Shown here: in pieces, positions 50,820 to 61,471 of the stretch
Layout: every line of letters starts with the position of its first letter
Numbering within the stretch: the stretch's first letter is position 1
DNA from: Bdellovibrionota bacterium FG-1
GTDB lineage: Bacteria; Bdellovibrionota; UBA1018
Assembly: GCA_051382295.1 (NCBI GenBank)
Contig: JBBCAW010000012.1
Location: forward strand, 1 to 64,000
DNA length: 64,000 bases
Reading direction: 5' to 3'
The notes under the pieces: generated by a model
What the model was told of the DNA's origin: nothing
What the model saw: only the letters and a program-made list of their open reading frames with translations
The model's database searches: none
Position numbers and translations under genes: made by a program

Positions 50820-51605
50820 ATGAGACGTTGGGTTTCAAAATCCATGGCTGCCGTGTTCGGCGTGATGCTCTTCGGTGCGCAGTTGGGTTGCGCGACCACG
50901 AACTCTGAGAAAAAAGTTTTGAGTCACACTGAGCGTGCTCAGATGTTGATTGAAATCGCTAATGGAGCGCTCGCTGAAAATGATCCTACCGGCGCACTCC
51001 AGAGTCTCATGGCGGCTGAAAAAGAAGACAATCAATTGCCTGAACTTTATCATTCAAAAGGCCTCGCCTTTTATGGCAAGCACGATTTAAATTCGGCAAT
51101 TGTTGCGGTCAGAAGAGCGGTGGAGCTGAAGTCGGATTATTCAGACGCCAACAGTACTCTGGGAAAACTCTTGATTGATGCGGGCAAAGGGAGCGAAGCC
51201 GAGCCTTTTCTGAATCAAGCGGCGAACGATCCGCTCTATCGGGAGGCTTACAAGCCCCTCACTAACTTGGGTGTTCTTTATTATCGTCGCGGCGAATTGA
51301 CTCGCGCCGAAGGGTTTCTTTCGCGAGCGATCGAGTCGGCACCGATGGTTGCCTGCGTGGCCTTTTACTATCGGGGACATATTCGTTTGAGCGAATCACG
51401 TCTTCAGGATGCCGTTAAGGATTATGATAATGCGGCTAAGCGAGTGTGCGCCAATTTTGCCGATGCTCATCTGGCGATGGGGATTGCTTACGAACGTGGC
51501 AAACAATACGACCTCGCCCGCAAAAAATATCTGGAAATCCAAAACCGTTACCCCAACACGAAAGTAGCCGAACAAGCGGTGACTCATTTGAGGTTATTAC
51601 CCTGA
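50820..51605 (+). CDS. PilF/PilW/Tgl-like TPR lipoprotein
   Basis: Lipobox LGC, TPRs, DPLY motif; immediately upstream of rodZ. Confidence 0.78.
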   Translation: MRRWVSKSMAAVFGVMLFGAQLGCATTNSEKKVLSHTERAQMLIEIANGALAENDPTGALQSLMAAEKEDNQLPELYHSKGLAFYGKHDLNSAIVAVRRAVELKSDYSDANSTLGKLLIDAGKGSEAEPFLNQAANDPLYREAYKPLTNLGVLYYRRGELTRAEGFLSRAIESAPMVACVAFYYRGHIRLSESRLQDAVKDYDNAAKRVCANFADAHLAMGIAYERGKQYDLARKKYLEIQNRYPNTKVAEQAVTHLRLLP

Positions 51606-52655
51606 ATGTCAGCTGACGCAATTCTCAGCTTAGGTGAGTTTCTCCGGCAAGAGCGTGAAAAACGCGGAATTACTATTGAGCAAGTGGCCTCAGCCACTAA
51701 GGTAGGCATCAAAACCTTGCATGCCCTGGAGGGGGATCATTACGCGGATTTGCCTGCTAAGCCTTTTATACGAGGTTTTGTAAAATCTTATGCCCGCTTT
51801 ATCGGCGTGGACGCTGAAGAAGTCCTGACCCGTTTCGGGGATTTTCTTGATCTCAAGGCGCATGATCGACCTAATCGCGAATCCGGCCATAGCGGTTATG
51901 CTTTTGAGAAGCGCGAAGGCGATCAAAGTCGTACCTTGCTTTGGATCGTCATGGGAGCGTTTGTCGTTGCTGGGGGGGTGGCTGCGATCTTTATTAAAAA
52001 GCCGCTCGGTGGGCGTCATCATGGTTCTCATGCGGAGAAGTTGAGGGCGGCCTATGGGGTAGCCCCTAGTCCTGGTGTTTCGGTAAGTCCTACTCCAACA
52101 CTCAGTGTGGCGGCCATTGTGACAGTGCCTACACCGACGCCCAGTGTTGTTTTGGCGGTGATTTCGAGTCCAAGCCCAAATCCGAGCTCCACTGAAGTTG
52201 ACAATGAAGCTGTGAATGAAGCAATCGAGGAGGCTTCGCCGGATGATCCGCTGAATTCGGGCATTAAGTTGAAGTCTTCGGAGATTCACCAGCGAGTAGT
52301 GTTTAGAGCCTTGGATAGTGTTTGGGTGAGGTATCAGTGCGATCATCGTCCGGTTACCCAGTTTATCATTCGTTCTGGCAATGCTTTGGTTTTACGGGCT
52401 CGCGAGGGGATTCGATTTCAGGTTTCAGCGCCCAAATCGATTACGTTCAGTTACAAAGGCAGTTCCTTTAAGCCGATGTTAGGTGATCAAAATCTCACTA
52501 CGCGTCAAGGCGATGCGACACTCTTTTTTCCGTTTGAACTAGCTGATTCTATTAAGGAACCTTTTCCAACCTGGCGGCCAATAGCTGGGCGCGTCATACC
52601 TTCCCCTCGTCCGTCTCCATCCCCCTCTGTTTCTTTACCCCCAGTAAGCCCATAA
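51606..52655 (+). CDS. rodZ: RodZ-like protein (HTH, TM helix, periplasmic domain)
   Basis: LGEFLRQERE...FIRGFVKSYA, single TM, Pro/Ser linker, VWVRY in the C-terminal domain. Confidence 0.82.
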   Translation: MSADAILSLGEFLRQEREKRGITIEQVASATKVGIKTLHALEGDHYADLPAKPFIRGFVKSYARFIGVDAEEVLTRFGDFLDLKAHDRPNRESGHSGYAFEKREGDQSRTLLWIVMGAFVVAGGVAAIFIKKPLGGRHHGSHAEKLRAAYGVAPSPGVSVSPTPTLSVAAIVTVPTPTPSVVLAVISSPSPNPSSTEVDNEAVNEAIEEASPDDPLNSGIKLKSSEIHQRVVFRALDSVWVRYQCDHRPVTQFIIRSGNALVLRAREGIRFQVSAPKSITFSYKGSSFKPMLGDQNLTTRQGDATLFFPFELADSIKEPFPTWRPIAGRVIPSPRPSPSPSVSLPPVSP

Positions 52656-52656
52656 G

Positions 52657-52817
52657 TTATCCACACGGAAACAGGAGTTATCCACAGCTGTTAAGTTATT
52701 GTTTTTGTTAAATATTTTTCCTTATATCCCCATTTTTGATGCATCGGTTAGAAAGTTATCCCCAAAAGCCCGCCCAGAGCGGTTTGAGTGATTTTATTCA
52801 TGACACTGTCATAAAAT
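52657..52817. promoter_or_regulatory. DnaA-box cluster with IHF-like site and palindrome
   Basis: TTATCCACA at 52657-65 and 52678-86; TTATCCCCA at 52756-64; ATATCCCCA at 52724-32; IHF-like site at 52692-704; ATGACA-C-TGTCAT at 52800-12. Confidence 0.7.
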
Positions 52818-52891
52818 TGTCAGAATAGGAGCGGGGTTTAACGATGGCTTCATCGATATGTATTTAAAAATAAGGACGAGCGTTACTGCTC

Positions 52892-54013
52892 TCACCAGGC
52901 CGCACGCCTAAAACTGACCACTGCGCCGGCCAGCATCAAAAGATTCGGGATTTCCATGGCAAACCACGGCGGAAGCCAGCCCCTTTGCATCCAAACGCTC
53001 GCTACAGTCTGTGAACCCCAGTAGCAGACAAAAACCGTAAAAGCGGTCAGGGCAGCGCCGGCGCGGACTGCGCGCGTACGAACGGTTCCAAACCCAATGC
53101 CTAGAAAGACAAAAAGAAGCGGAGCCAGGGCTGCTGCGTATCGACGCCAATACTCGCCACGCGATTCGCGACCGTCAAAGTTTTCGAGTTTTGTATTTGA
53201 GATCCACTTGAGAAGTTCCGCGTGCGAATACATGTGCGGCTTCATCGAGGTGTTTCCGGCACCTTCGTCAATTTTGAGATAAAGATTATATTCTCCGAAA
53301 TCAATCTTTTGATAGGTGCTCTCTTTTTGATTATTTTGATGAATACTGCCGTCATAAAGTTTGAGCATGACGGCATTGGCGAGGTCAGATTCGGTTTTAA
53401 CCTGAACGATTTCACCCCATTGTGCAACCACGGTGAGCGGGTTTTTGGGTTCCCGTTCGTCAAAAATAAAGACCCGTTCCAGACGATTACTTTTGGCATC
53501 CACTTTGTCGGCAAAAATTAAAAGGTCAAAAAATCCAGAGTTGAAAGTTCCTTGTTTGATGGACGAAACCACTTTTGTGTTGCTGACTCGAATCAGCGTA
53601 TCCTTAAACGCGCGTTCTCCCCAGGGAACCCATTCTTGGTTAAGGGCGATCGACCCCATTGAAACCAAAATCGCGAGAAAAAGAGGAGGGCCCGCTAGGC
53701 GGTATAAGCTAAAGCCGCTGGCCTTCATCGCCACTAATTCGCTATCCGCTGAAAGTCGCCCAAAGCCGATCAGTACGGCGATTAAAAAAGCCACTGGCAA
53801 AGCATTGGGAATAAACGAAAGCGCCATGAGTCCGGCCATTTTACCCAGGAGCGGGAGGGAGACGCCGTGAATAATAAAAAAATCGGCGAGTCGTAAAGCC
53901 TGGAACATCATGAATACGAAGATAAAGAAGATCGTGCCTCCCAAAAAGGGAGCGGCGACCTCGGTCAAGACGTAGCGATCAATGCGACTGGTGAAGATTC
54001 TTTTTTTTGGCAT
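52892..54013 (-). CDS. lptF: LPS export permease, LptF/LptG family
   Basis: IDRYVL, GRLSADSELVAMKASG, six TM segments with a periplasmic domain. Confidence 0.88.
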   Translation of the reverse strand: MPKKRIFTSRIDRYVLTEVAAPFLGGTIFFIFVFMMFQALRLADFFIIHGVSLPLLGKMAGLMALSFIPNALPVAFLIAVLIGFGRLSADSELVAMKASGFSLYRLAGPPLFLAILVSMGSIALNQEWVPWGERAFKDTLIRVSNTKVVSSIKQGTFNSGFFDLLIFADKVDAKSNRLERVFIFDEREPKNPLTVVAQWGEIVQVKTESDLANAVMLKLYDGSIHQNNQKESTYQKIDFGEYNLYLKIDEGAGNTSMKPHMYSHAELLKWISNTKLENFDGRESRGEYWRRYAAALAPLLFVFLGIGFGTVRTRAVRAGAALTAFTVFVCYWGSQTVASVWMQRGWLPPWFAMEIPNLLMLAGAVVSFRRAAW

Positions 54014-54015
54014 GG

Positions 54016-55416
54016 TTAATAGGCGTTCTTGTTAATGAAGCCTTTCCAAAGGGTCAGAAACATGATTTTCCAGTCTAACGAGTAGGACCAGTTTCGAATA
54101 TAATAGAGGTCGCACTCGATGCGTCGGTCTAAAGACGTATTACCACGCCAGCCGTTGATCTGGGCCCAGCCTGTGAGGCCGGCTTTGACTTTGTGACGCA
54201 ACATGTAGCCCGGAATGTCCTTGCGAAACTGCTGCACAAAGATGGGGCGTTCGGGGCGGGGACCTACGAGCGACATTTCTCCGATCAGGATATTCCAGAG
54301 TTGAGGAAGTTCGTCTAAGCTCGTCGAACGCAGGAAGGTCCCGATTGGGGTGCGGCGGTCATCACCGGATTTTGCCCAGACCGCGCCAGAGTGGGTTTCG
54401 GCATGGGTGCCCATCGAGCGAAATTTCAGAATGTTGAAAGTGCGGCCGTCCATTCCCATGCGTTCCTGACGGTAGAGAACGGGCCCTCGCGATGTAATCT
54501 TGATTGCTAAGGCAATGAGAAGCAGGAGGGGGGAGAGCAGGATGAGAGCGACCGCCGCGAGAAATAGGTCGGTGGCTCGCTTGGCATAGGCGCCCCAGCC
54601 ATCCAAGGGAGAGTCGTTGAGGTTGACGATGGGTAAGCCGTCAAAGTCTTCAATCTCGCAACCCAGGGTGACGTACTCATGAATATCCGGAACTAAGAGA
54701 AGGTCGATCGTTTCATCTTTGAGCGCGACCAAAACACGATCCAGTTCGTCGGCCTGCCGACGCGGGAGCGAAATCAACACTTGGTCGACTTGCATTTTTC
54801 GAACAAGGTCTCGGAGTTCGTTCAGGTGGCCGAGCACGGGTTTGCCCGCAACTGTTTTGGCCTCGGATTGCTCATGGACCACAACCCCGATGACGCGGAG
54901 GCCGAGTTCTGGAAATTTATCCAATCGATAGACGAGGGTGTCGACGGCGCTTCCTTCGCCCACAATCAGTACATGACGGAGATTGTAGCCGCTCCGCCTG
55001 AGATATCGCAGGGAATTGCGAAGCGCCAATCGAAAACACACGAGAGAGATGGCCCCTAGAATTCCAAAATAGATCATCACGCCGCGGGAGTACTTGTACT
55101 CACTAAAAAGATAGGTGAGCGCGATAAACAAAAGCATCGCCGCAAAGTGGGCTTTCAGGAGAAGATGGGCCTCATGAGTGCGTCGGAGCATTCGCTTGGA
55201 TTGGTAAACTCGCATGAAGGAAAAGACCCACGCCCAGAGTAACATCACCAAAGGCGTGAGTGCCGCGTAGGTGCTGAATCCAGGGAAGCCCTTGGTGACC
55301 TCAATGAGGGGAAGTGAGAATCTGAGCCAATAGGAAAGGATCCAAGCTGCGCCAATGACGCAGATGTCTACCATTCGGAAGATGCCGCCGACGATGTGGT
55401 GATAGCGCTTCAACAT
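54016..55416 (-). CDS. wcaJ: Undecaprenyl-phosphate glucose phosphotransferase
   Basis: KFRSM, SLDELPQL, SLVGPRPERP, GLTGWAQING, DLYYI.NWS. Confidence 0.92.
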   Translation of the reverse strand: MLKRYHHIVGGIFRMVDICVIGAAWILSYWLRFSLPLIEVTKGFPGFSTYAALTPLVMLLWAWVFSFMRVYQSKRMLRRTHEAHLLLKAHFAAMLLFIALTYLFSEYKYSRGVMIYFGILGAISLVCFRLALRNSLRYLRRSGYNLRHVLIVGEGSAVDTLVYRLDKFPELGLRVIGVVVHEQSEAKTVAGKPVLGHLNELRDLVRKMQVDQVLISLPRRQADELDRVLVALKDETIDLLLVPDIHEYVTLGCEIEDFDGLPIVNLNDSPLDGWGAYAKRATDLFLAAVALILLSPLLLLIALAIKITSRGPVLYRQERMGMDGRTFNILKFRSMGTHAETHSGAVWAKSGDDRRTPIGTFLRSTSLDELPQLWNILIGEMSLVGPRPERPIFVQQFRKDIPGYMLRHKVKAGLTGWAQINGWRGNTSLDRRIECDLYYIRNWSYSLDWKIMFLTLWKGFINKNAY

Positions 55417-55466
55417 GTTTGAGGCCTATGTTATCGAGAAGTGATTCATTTTATAAGGAAAACTTC

Positions 55467-57041
55467 ATGGCAATTCAGGCAAAACACGTCAAGACCCTGG
55501 TTTTTGAGGTTCGATCAGCGTCGGATGGGGCCCGTGGTGCTGCCCGTGGTGCACCACGTACAATAGACACCGATGTGATCGTCGTTCTTCAGGATAACGC
55601 CAAGAAGGCGATCGTCCCACGAACCATTTATGCTCAAACCATTGAAAAGCTTCGAAAAACAGAGGTCTTCACGGCTCGATCCGGATCTGTGCAGTGGGTC
55701 AGGCTAGGAGGCAAGGCGCAGGCAGACAACGTCCTATTCGTAGGGCTAGGGAGCGCCACAGAACTCACGGAAGAACGAGTCCGGCAGGCTGGCGCGCAGG
55801 CTTGGGCAAAGCTTTTGGCTGAAAAGAGCAAGGGGGCTGCCATTTCGGTGGACGCTTTGCTGGGTATTCGAGGGATGAGTGCCCAGCTCACCGCTCCTCG
55901 GTTAATCAAGGCCTTTGCCGAAGGCTTTGCTTTGAGCGCCTATCAGTTTGATAAACATAAATCCTCAGACAAAAATCCAACCCCACCGGGGAGGATTCTC
56001 TTTGTGACGGGGAATCCGTCACTGAAGGCGCAAATCGAAAGAGAGCTCGAAGCTGTCCGTGCTATCGCTGCGGCGGTTCATGTGACCCGGGATTGGTCGA
56101 ACGAGCCTTCTAATTTTGGAACTCCGGAGTATTTTGCCGATGAAGCCAAAAAATTAGCTCGTCAATATGGGCTGAAGTGCACGATTTTGGGCGAGCGAGA
56201 AGCTAAGCGTCAAAAAATGGGGTTATTTTTGGGAGTGGGGCAAGGGGCGGAGCGAGAGTCAAAAATCGTGATTCTTGAGTATCAACCTTCGAAGGCGGTC
56301 AATGCCAGGGGCGCGAAAACCATCGCTTTTGTAGGCAAGGGTGTGACTTTTGATAGCGGCGGGATTTCCATCAAGCCTTCGGCACGCATGGAAGAAATGA
56401 AGCATGATATGACGGGCGCGGCTACTGTCATGGGCGCCACCCTCCTTGCGGCTGCCCTGAAAGTTCGCAATCGAATTGTGACAGTCATGGCCTTCACTGA
56501 AAACATGCCCGATGGAAAAGCCATTCAACCGGGCAATGTTTTGACTTCACGTTCCGGAAAAACGGTTGAAATTATTAACACGGATGCCGAGGGGCGTTTG
56601 GTTTTGGCCGATGTTCTAGATTTTGTCCAAGATTTTAAGCCGGATGTGGTGATCGACGCGGCTACTTTGACGGGTGCAGTGGGTATAGCGTTGGGTAAGC
56701 AATGTTGCGCGGTGCTTGGCAATGATGATGCGTTGATTGATTCGGTTCGACGAGCAGGGGATGCCTGTGGCGAAAAACTTTGGCAATTGCCGCTTTTTGA
56801 CGAGTATTTTGAAGACATGAAGTCCGATACCGCAGACATGAAAAACTCTTGTAATGACGCTTACGGGGGGGTGATTCGAGGTGCGATTTTCTTGAAGCAG
56901 TTTATCAAAAAAGGACTGCCTTGGGCACATCTGGATATTGCCGCGATGGCGGCCAATGTCCCTCATTTTCCCTATTTTCCTCGTCGAGGCGCGACCGGCG
57001 CTTATGTGCGCACGCTGGCTCAATTTGCGGCCGATTTTTAG
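55467..57041 (+). CDS. pepA: Leucyl aminopeptidase (M17)
   Basis: VGKGVTFDSGG, MKHDMTG, NTDAEGRL, ATLTG, WAHLDIA. Confidence 0.96.
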   Translation: MAIQAKHVKTLVFEVRSASDGARGAARGAPRTIDTDVIVVLQDNAKKAIVPRTIYAQTIEKLRKTEVFTARSGSVQWVRLGGKAQADNVLFVGLGSATELTEERVRQAGAQAWAKLLAEKSKGAAISVDALLGIRGMSAQLTAPRLIKAFAEGFALSAYQFDKHKSSDKNPTPPGRILFVTGNPSLKAQIERELEAVRAIAAAVHVTRDWSNEPSNFGTPEYFADEAKKLARQYGLKCTILGEREAKRQKMGLFLGVGQGAERESKIVILEYQPSKAVNARGAKTIAFVGKGVTFDSGGISIKPSARMEEMKHDMTGAATVMGATLLAAALKVRNRIVTVMAFTENMPDGKAIQPGNVLTSRSGKTVEIINTDAEGRLVLADVLDFVQDFKPDVVIDAATLTGAVGIALGKQCCAVLGNDDALIDSVRRAGDACGEKLWQLPLFDEYFEDMKSDTADMKNSCNDAYGGVIRGAIFLKQFIKKGLPWAHLDIAAMAANVPHFPYFPRRGATGAYVRTLAQFAADF

Positions 57042-57648
57042 TGGGTTGATCTGGTTCGGGTGTTGCGGAGGGTTGGCGTGGGGGGATGAGCCTCCTCGTT
57101 TTTTTGTGGGAGGTGGAGTTTTAGCCCATAACTTGGGTCAGTACTCAACCCAGCCGAGTGGGATGACCTCCTTGGTTTCCTCTGTCTTTCCTGAGCTTGT
57201 GCTTTCAGCTTGGCTGCCTGTGGATGAGGGCCCGTGGAGTCTGTCGCCTTTTTTGGCGCTCACGCCCGGGATTCCATTCACTGGCGCGACTGTTTTTGCG
57301 CATACTACCGCTGACGGAGGCGAAAAAACGCAGCTCTTGCGATTGGCGGTTCGGGCTCAAAGGGATCTAGGCCTTGAACCCTGGAGCGTGGGGCTTTTTG
57401 GTGGGTTAGGCGTGTTGGCTTGGACGATCCGAGGAATGGGGGGCACGATTGAACTCAATAATGGTAATTCGAAGAGTATTTTCGGTCTGCCCTCCGAGAC
57501 TTCCACTTCACGTGTTTTTTACGGTGAGCTGGGAGTAGGGGTGCAACGGTGGCGTTTCAGGTGGGAGAGCTCAATTTTGATGACGGGGGCCTTGTCCCCC
57601 CGACGAGCGGTGAGCGTTACAACGCAGCTCAGTTTTGGGGTGTTTTGA
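57004..57648 (+). CDS. Probable outer-membrane beta-barrel protein (start uncertain)
   Basis: Amphipathic strands and terminal FGVF; abuts the matrixin gene. Confidence 0.65.
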   Translation: MCARWLNLRPIFSGLIWFGCCGGLAWGDEPPRFFVGGGVLAHNLGQYSTQPSGMTSLVSSVFPELVLSAWLPVDEGPWSLSPFLALTPGIPFTGATVFAHTTADGGEKTQLLRLAVRAQRDLGLEPWSVGLFGGLGVLAWTIRGMGGTIELNNGNSKSIFGLPSETSTSRVFYGELGVGVQRWRFRWESSILMTGALSPRRAVSVTTQLSFGVF

Positions 57649-58497
57649 ATGCGAAGACGACTGTTTTTGGCATGGTTTAGCACGTTTTTGATTTCTATTT
57701 GGGGGAGCGTGGGTGCCTTCGCTTTTACGATTCAAGTCGAGGACGGAACCTCCGCTCAGATTTTGGCTTGGGTGTCTCCTGAGATCACGGTCGATGTTAA
57801 TTCCAAGGATTGTGTTGCCGCGGGCGTGTCTGCCGAAACGCTGAATGCCGCGATTGATCGGGGTTTTGCGGTCTGGAATTCCTCTCCGGCATCGGCGCTC
57901 AAACTCATTCGAGGGGGTGAGGTGACAAAAACTTCGGATGAGATCACCAGCCAGGCTTCGCAGGGCAATCCTTTGATTCTTTGTGATGCCAATATGGGCA
58001 AGGATCTGGGTTACGAGAGTTCTGAGACCAGTAATATTCCAGCGGTGACGAGAATTCTTCGGCTGGATTCTCAGCGGCACATTGCATTGGCCGCGATGTA
58101 TATCAATGCCGATACCGCTCAGGCTGCCAACGTCAAGCGAGTGAATGAATTTCCGGACCTTTTGGCTTTGATCATCGCGCATGAGGTGGGCCATGTTTTT
58201 GGGCTGGGGCATTCGGTCGATCCCAATACCCTGATGTATTACGATGCTACGGCTAAAAAACAACTTTCGCTCGGGCAGGATGATATCGAGGGGGTGACCT
58301 ACCTCTATCCCCGCCATGAAATCGGCAACTCGCTTCCTTTGGGGTGCGGGACGATCACGCAGTCGGGCCCTCGATCGAGGGGGGGCAAGGGAGGGGCAGG
58401 GAGCACTGGTATTGTAATGGAGTGGTTTACGCTGCTGTGCGTGGTTCTTGTTTTCGACCGGTACTCCGCATATAAGTTTTCGAGGAGAACTTCCTGA
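57649..58497 (+). CDS. Matrixin-family (M10) zinc metalloprotease with C-terminal anchor
   Basis: [11 protein letters not shown], Met-turn LMY, then GCG, a Gly-rich spacer, a TM helix and a basic tail. Confidence 0.9.
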   Translation: MRRRLFLAWFSTFLISIWGSVGAFAFTIQVEDGTSAQILAWVSPEITVDVNSKDCVAAGVSAETLNAAIDRGFAVWNSSPASALKLIRGGEVTKTSDEITSQASQGNPLILCDANMGKDLGYESSETSNIPAVTRILRLDSQRHIALAAMYINADTAQAANVKRVNEFPDLLALIIAHEVGHVFGLGHSVDPNTLMYYDATAKKQLSLGQDDIEGVTYLYPRHEIGNSLPLGCGTITQSGPRSRGGKGGAGSTGIVMEWFTLLCVVLVFDRYSAYKFSRRTS

Positions 58498-59813
58498 TGA
58501 CCCCTGATCGCTTTTATATCGAAAATGCCTCTCAACATGTCGGCCAGACTGTCACCGTGCGCGGTTGGGTCTATAACAAACGAAGTTCAGGCAAAATTAA
58601 GTTTTTGATTTTACGAGATGGAACAGGCCTGATTCAGGGCGTTCTCTTTAAGGGGGAATGCACCGATGAGGCCTTTGATCAGTTTGAGCAGGTGACTCAA
58701 GAGTCATCGGTGGAAGTGGTGGGGCAATTGCGCGCCAATCCCCGCGGTGGTTTTGAATTAGGGGTGAAGTCTTTTAAAGTTTTTCAGAAGGCCGAAGCTT
58801 ATCCCATTTCTCTTAAAGACCATGGAGTCGAATTTTTGATGGAGAAACGGCATCTCTGGATTCGGAGTCAGCGCCAGTGGGCGGCTCTACGCGTCCGTCA
58901 TGAGATCATGCGTTCGATTAACGAGTTTTTCGATAAGCAGGGCTTTATTCGTTTTGATGCGCCGATTTTGACCCCCAGTGCTTGCGAAGGGACATCGACG
59001 TTATTTGGTACAAACTATTTTGACGAAAAGGCGTTTCTTACGCAGTCCGGCCAGCTTTATGGCGAAGTCGGCGCGATGGCGTTCGGTAAAATCTATGTTT
59101 TCGGGCCTACTTTTCGGGCTGAAAAATCGAAAACGCGCAAGCATTTGACCGAGTTTTGGATGGTGGAGCCGGAGATGGCCTTTTACGACCTCGAAGACAA
59201 TATGGGGCTGGCCGAAAAATTCATGGAGCACATTGTGCAGTCCGTGCTCGCCAATCGGGCGCCCGAACTCAAAATTCTTGAACGCGATCTGAGTAAACTT
59301 GAAGTGATTCGAGGCCCCTTTCCACGTCTCAGCTATGACGAGGCTCTTAAAGTGCTCGAAAAGCGGGGGGTATCCATTCCTTGGGGCGAAGATTTTGGTG
59401 CACCTCATGAGACCGCTTTGGGCGAAGAATTTGGCAAGCCAGTGTTTGTTCATCACATGCCTTCGCAGATCAAGGCGTTCTACTTTAAGCAATCCGATAC
59501 GGTCGGGGGACCTGGCGTTACCGGAACGGGTAAGTATGCACTGGGTTGTGATTTGATTGCGCCGGATGGTTACGGTGAAATTATCGGGGGCGGTCAGCGC
59601 GAAGAAAGCGTTGAGGTGCTGCAGCGTCGTATTGCCGAACATGAGTTGAATGAAGCGGATTACAATTGGTACTTGGATCTGAGGCGGTTTGGGTCGGTTC
59701 CTCATTCCGGGTTTGGCTTGGGTGTGGAACGCACGGTTGCTTGGATGACGGGCGTTGAACATGTTCGTGAGACGATTCCGTTTCCACGCATGCTCAATAC
59801 GTTGCGACCGTAG
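58497..59813 (+). CDS. asnS: Asparagine--tRNA ligase
   Basis: OB fold, [37 protein letters not shown]. Confidence 0.96.
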   Translation: MTPDRFYIENASQHVGQTVTVRGWVYNKRSSGKIKFLILRDGTGLIQGVLFKGECTDEAFDQFEQVTQESSVEVVGQLRANPRGGFELGVKSFKVFQKAEAYPISLKDHGVEFLMEKRHLWIRSQRQWAALRVRHEIMRSINEFFDKQGFIRFDAPILTPSACEGTSTLFGTNYFDEKAFLTQSGQLYGEVGAMAFGKIYVFGPTFRAEKSKTRKHLTEFWMVEPEMAFYDLEDNMGLAEKFMEHIVQSVLANRAPELKILERDLSKLEVIRGPFPRLSYDEALKVLEKRGVSIPWGEDFGAPHETALGEEFGKPVFVHHMPSQIKAFYFKQSDTVGGPGVTGTGKYALGCDLIAPDGYGEIIGGGQREESVEVLQRRIAEHELNEADYNWYLDLRRFGSVPHSGFGLGVERTVAWMTGVEHVRETIPFPRMLNTLRP

Positions 59814-59825
59814 GAATTTGATTCT

Positions 59826-60290
59826 GTGCCGCATGATTTAAAGGTTGTTTTAGTTAATCCACAAATTCCGCAAAATACGGGTTCGATCGGGCGTCTTTGT
59901 CTGGCGACGGGGACGACACTCCATCTGGTTCATCCGCTGGGGTTTGAAATTACTCATTCGAGACTTCGGCGTGCGGGCCTGGATTATTGGGAGCATCTCA
60001 AAGTCGTCGAGCACAAGAGTGTCGAAGAGTTTATCGCAGGTCTCGCGCCTGATGCACCTAAGGTCTTTTTTTCAAAAAAATCGGGTCATACTCTTTTTGC
60101 ACATGAATTTGAACCAGGGACTTATTTGATTTTTGGGCACGAAGTAACCGGATTGCCCGACTGGATCGTCAACCGTTATCCGATGGATACTGTGCGGATC
60201 CCGATGTACGACGCACGGGTGCGGTCGTTGAATCTCGCAAATTCGGCGAGTGTCGGGGTTTACGAGGCGATTCGGCAATTGGGGGCGTGA
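59826..60290 (+). CDS. trmL: tRNA (cytidine(34)-2'-O)-methyltransferase
   Basis: PQIPQNTG, RRAGLDYW, FGHE, RSLNLANS. Confidence 0.95.
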   Translation: MPHDLKVVLVNPQIPQNTGSIGRLCLATGTTLHLVHPLGFEITHSRLRRAGLDYWEHLKVVEHKSVEEFIAGLAPDAPKVFFSKKSGHTLFAHEFEPGTYLIFGHEVTGLPDWIVNRYPMDTVRIPMYDARVRSLNLANSASVGVYEAIRQLGA

Positions 60291-60321
60291 AAACCGTCCT
60301 AATAACCACAGGCGCTCAAGG

Positions 60322-61056
60322 TTACTGGGGGGTGGGTCTGACCCAGAGTTCTAGGTCGTCGATAGTTTCGAGTAGCTGAAAGTTGAATTTCTTCAGTAGA
60401 CTTCGAGTTTTATCAGCCTTTGAGGACTTCGGAAATAAATCATGAGTGAGCGTGATTCCGGCTACGTCTGCGTCACCACAGATACGGACGAGTAGCTCCG
60501 ATGCCAATCCTACATTTTCCTGGGAAACTGAAATGGATTCGATTCGGTACTCCTTTGCGCTGATTTGACTTAAATGAAGATGCCCGTCGGCTCGCTCGAC
60601 GTTATTATTCAATGTCTTCGTATAGCTCGCGTAGATAACGGGGGTAGTCCACGCTCCATGCAGGATATATTTTCGTTCTGGTTCTTGAGGTGGCTGATAT
60701 GTTTCAATCTCTCTACACTCAACCATTTTGCGGAAAACTTCGTAGCAGTCATCAGGCTTTCCAGTTCGGTGGAGTGAGTCTTCTGCGTTAATCCATACAA
60801 AGTGAACAACTGAATCTTGGGTAAGTGGGGCATCGATAACCTTGAAAAATAAACGATACTGTTGAAGAACGTCTACGGCTTTATAGTTTTCAGGCAGATT
60901 TTTGCTGAAGTCGCGCGAAATCGGATTCGCCATCACTTTGAGAATGGCATTCGTAGCGTTGTGCGAACGCTGTTGTTCCAGTTTCGTGCCTGATTCGAGA
61001 CGAATGAGTTCTGCTCGGAGTGAGGGGGCGAGACTACGCCGATATTGCCTTGGCAT
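60322..61056 (-). CDS. YhaV-like RNase toxin fused to a GNAT-like domain
   Basis: QQYRLFF...VWIN.EDSL...G..DDCYEVFRKM matches YhaV; the C-terminus has ISV...GLASELL...KKFNF. Confidence 0.72.
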   Translation of the reverse strand: MPRQYRRSLAPSLRAELIRLESGTKLEQQRSHNATNAILKVMANPISRDFSKNLPENYKAVDVLQQYRLFFKVIDAPLTQDSVVHFVWINAEDSLHRTGKPDDCYEVFRKMVECREIETYQPPQEPERKYILHGAWTTPVIYASYTKTLNNNVERADGHLHLSQISAKEYRIESISVSQENVGLASELLVRICGDADVAGITLTHDLFPKSSKADKTRSLLKKFNFQLLETIDDLELWVRPTPQ

Positions 61057-61450
61057 TGGAAATCGGTATCTCTTTCTCAGCGATTTTCTCTTGGTACTTT
61101 TTTAGGGAAAGTTCGGCGATGTGGGAAAGTGTTTCGATGGGATACTTGTCTTGCTGGAGTGCAGACACTACTGAATCCATACGATCTTGTAGGTCAGGAA
61201 AAACATGAGTTTGAATAATCGCATAGATCGCTTGTGGGCGGAGAATTCCAAGTTTTGAAACGACGACGTAATAAAGTCCAGTTAAGCGTTGGCGAGTGCG
61301 GGGGGTCAGTTCTTCGATGGATTTATTTTGATTTTTGGAGAGAGTGTGCGGTTCCAATCCCATGAGATTAGCGATCACTCGCTGAGGGCAATCAAGGGTT
61401 TCGCAGATGCTCTGAATGAGCTGTGACGCTGTAGCGGTTTGGTTCAGCAT
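61034..61450 (-). CDS. Putative HTH antitoxin
   Basis: N-terminal Xre-like HTH (QRVIANLMGLEPHTLS); overlaps the toxin start by 23 bp. Confidence 0.65.
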   Translation of the reverse strand: MLNQTATASQLIQSICETLDCPQRVIANLMGLEPHTLSKNQNKSIEELTPRTRQRLTGLYYVVVSKLGILRPQAIYAIIQTHVFPDLQDRMDSVVSALQQDKYPIETLSHIAELSLKKYQEKIAEKEIPISNAKAISA

Positions 61451-61471
61451 GTGACCTCTTATATTTTAAAG

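Noticed and set aside
59001..59834. 277-aa antisense ORF over asnS, and a 248-aa antisense ORF at 57571-58317
   Set aside because: Both lie opposite well-supported genes and have no protein-like motifs.
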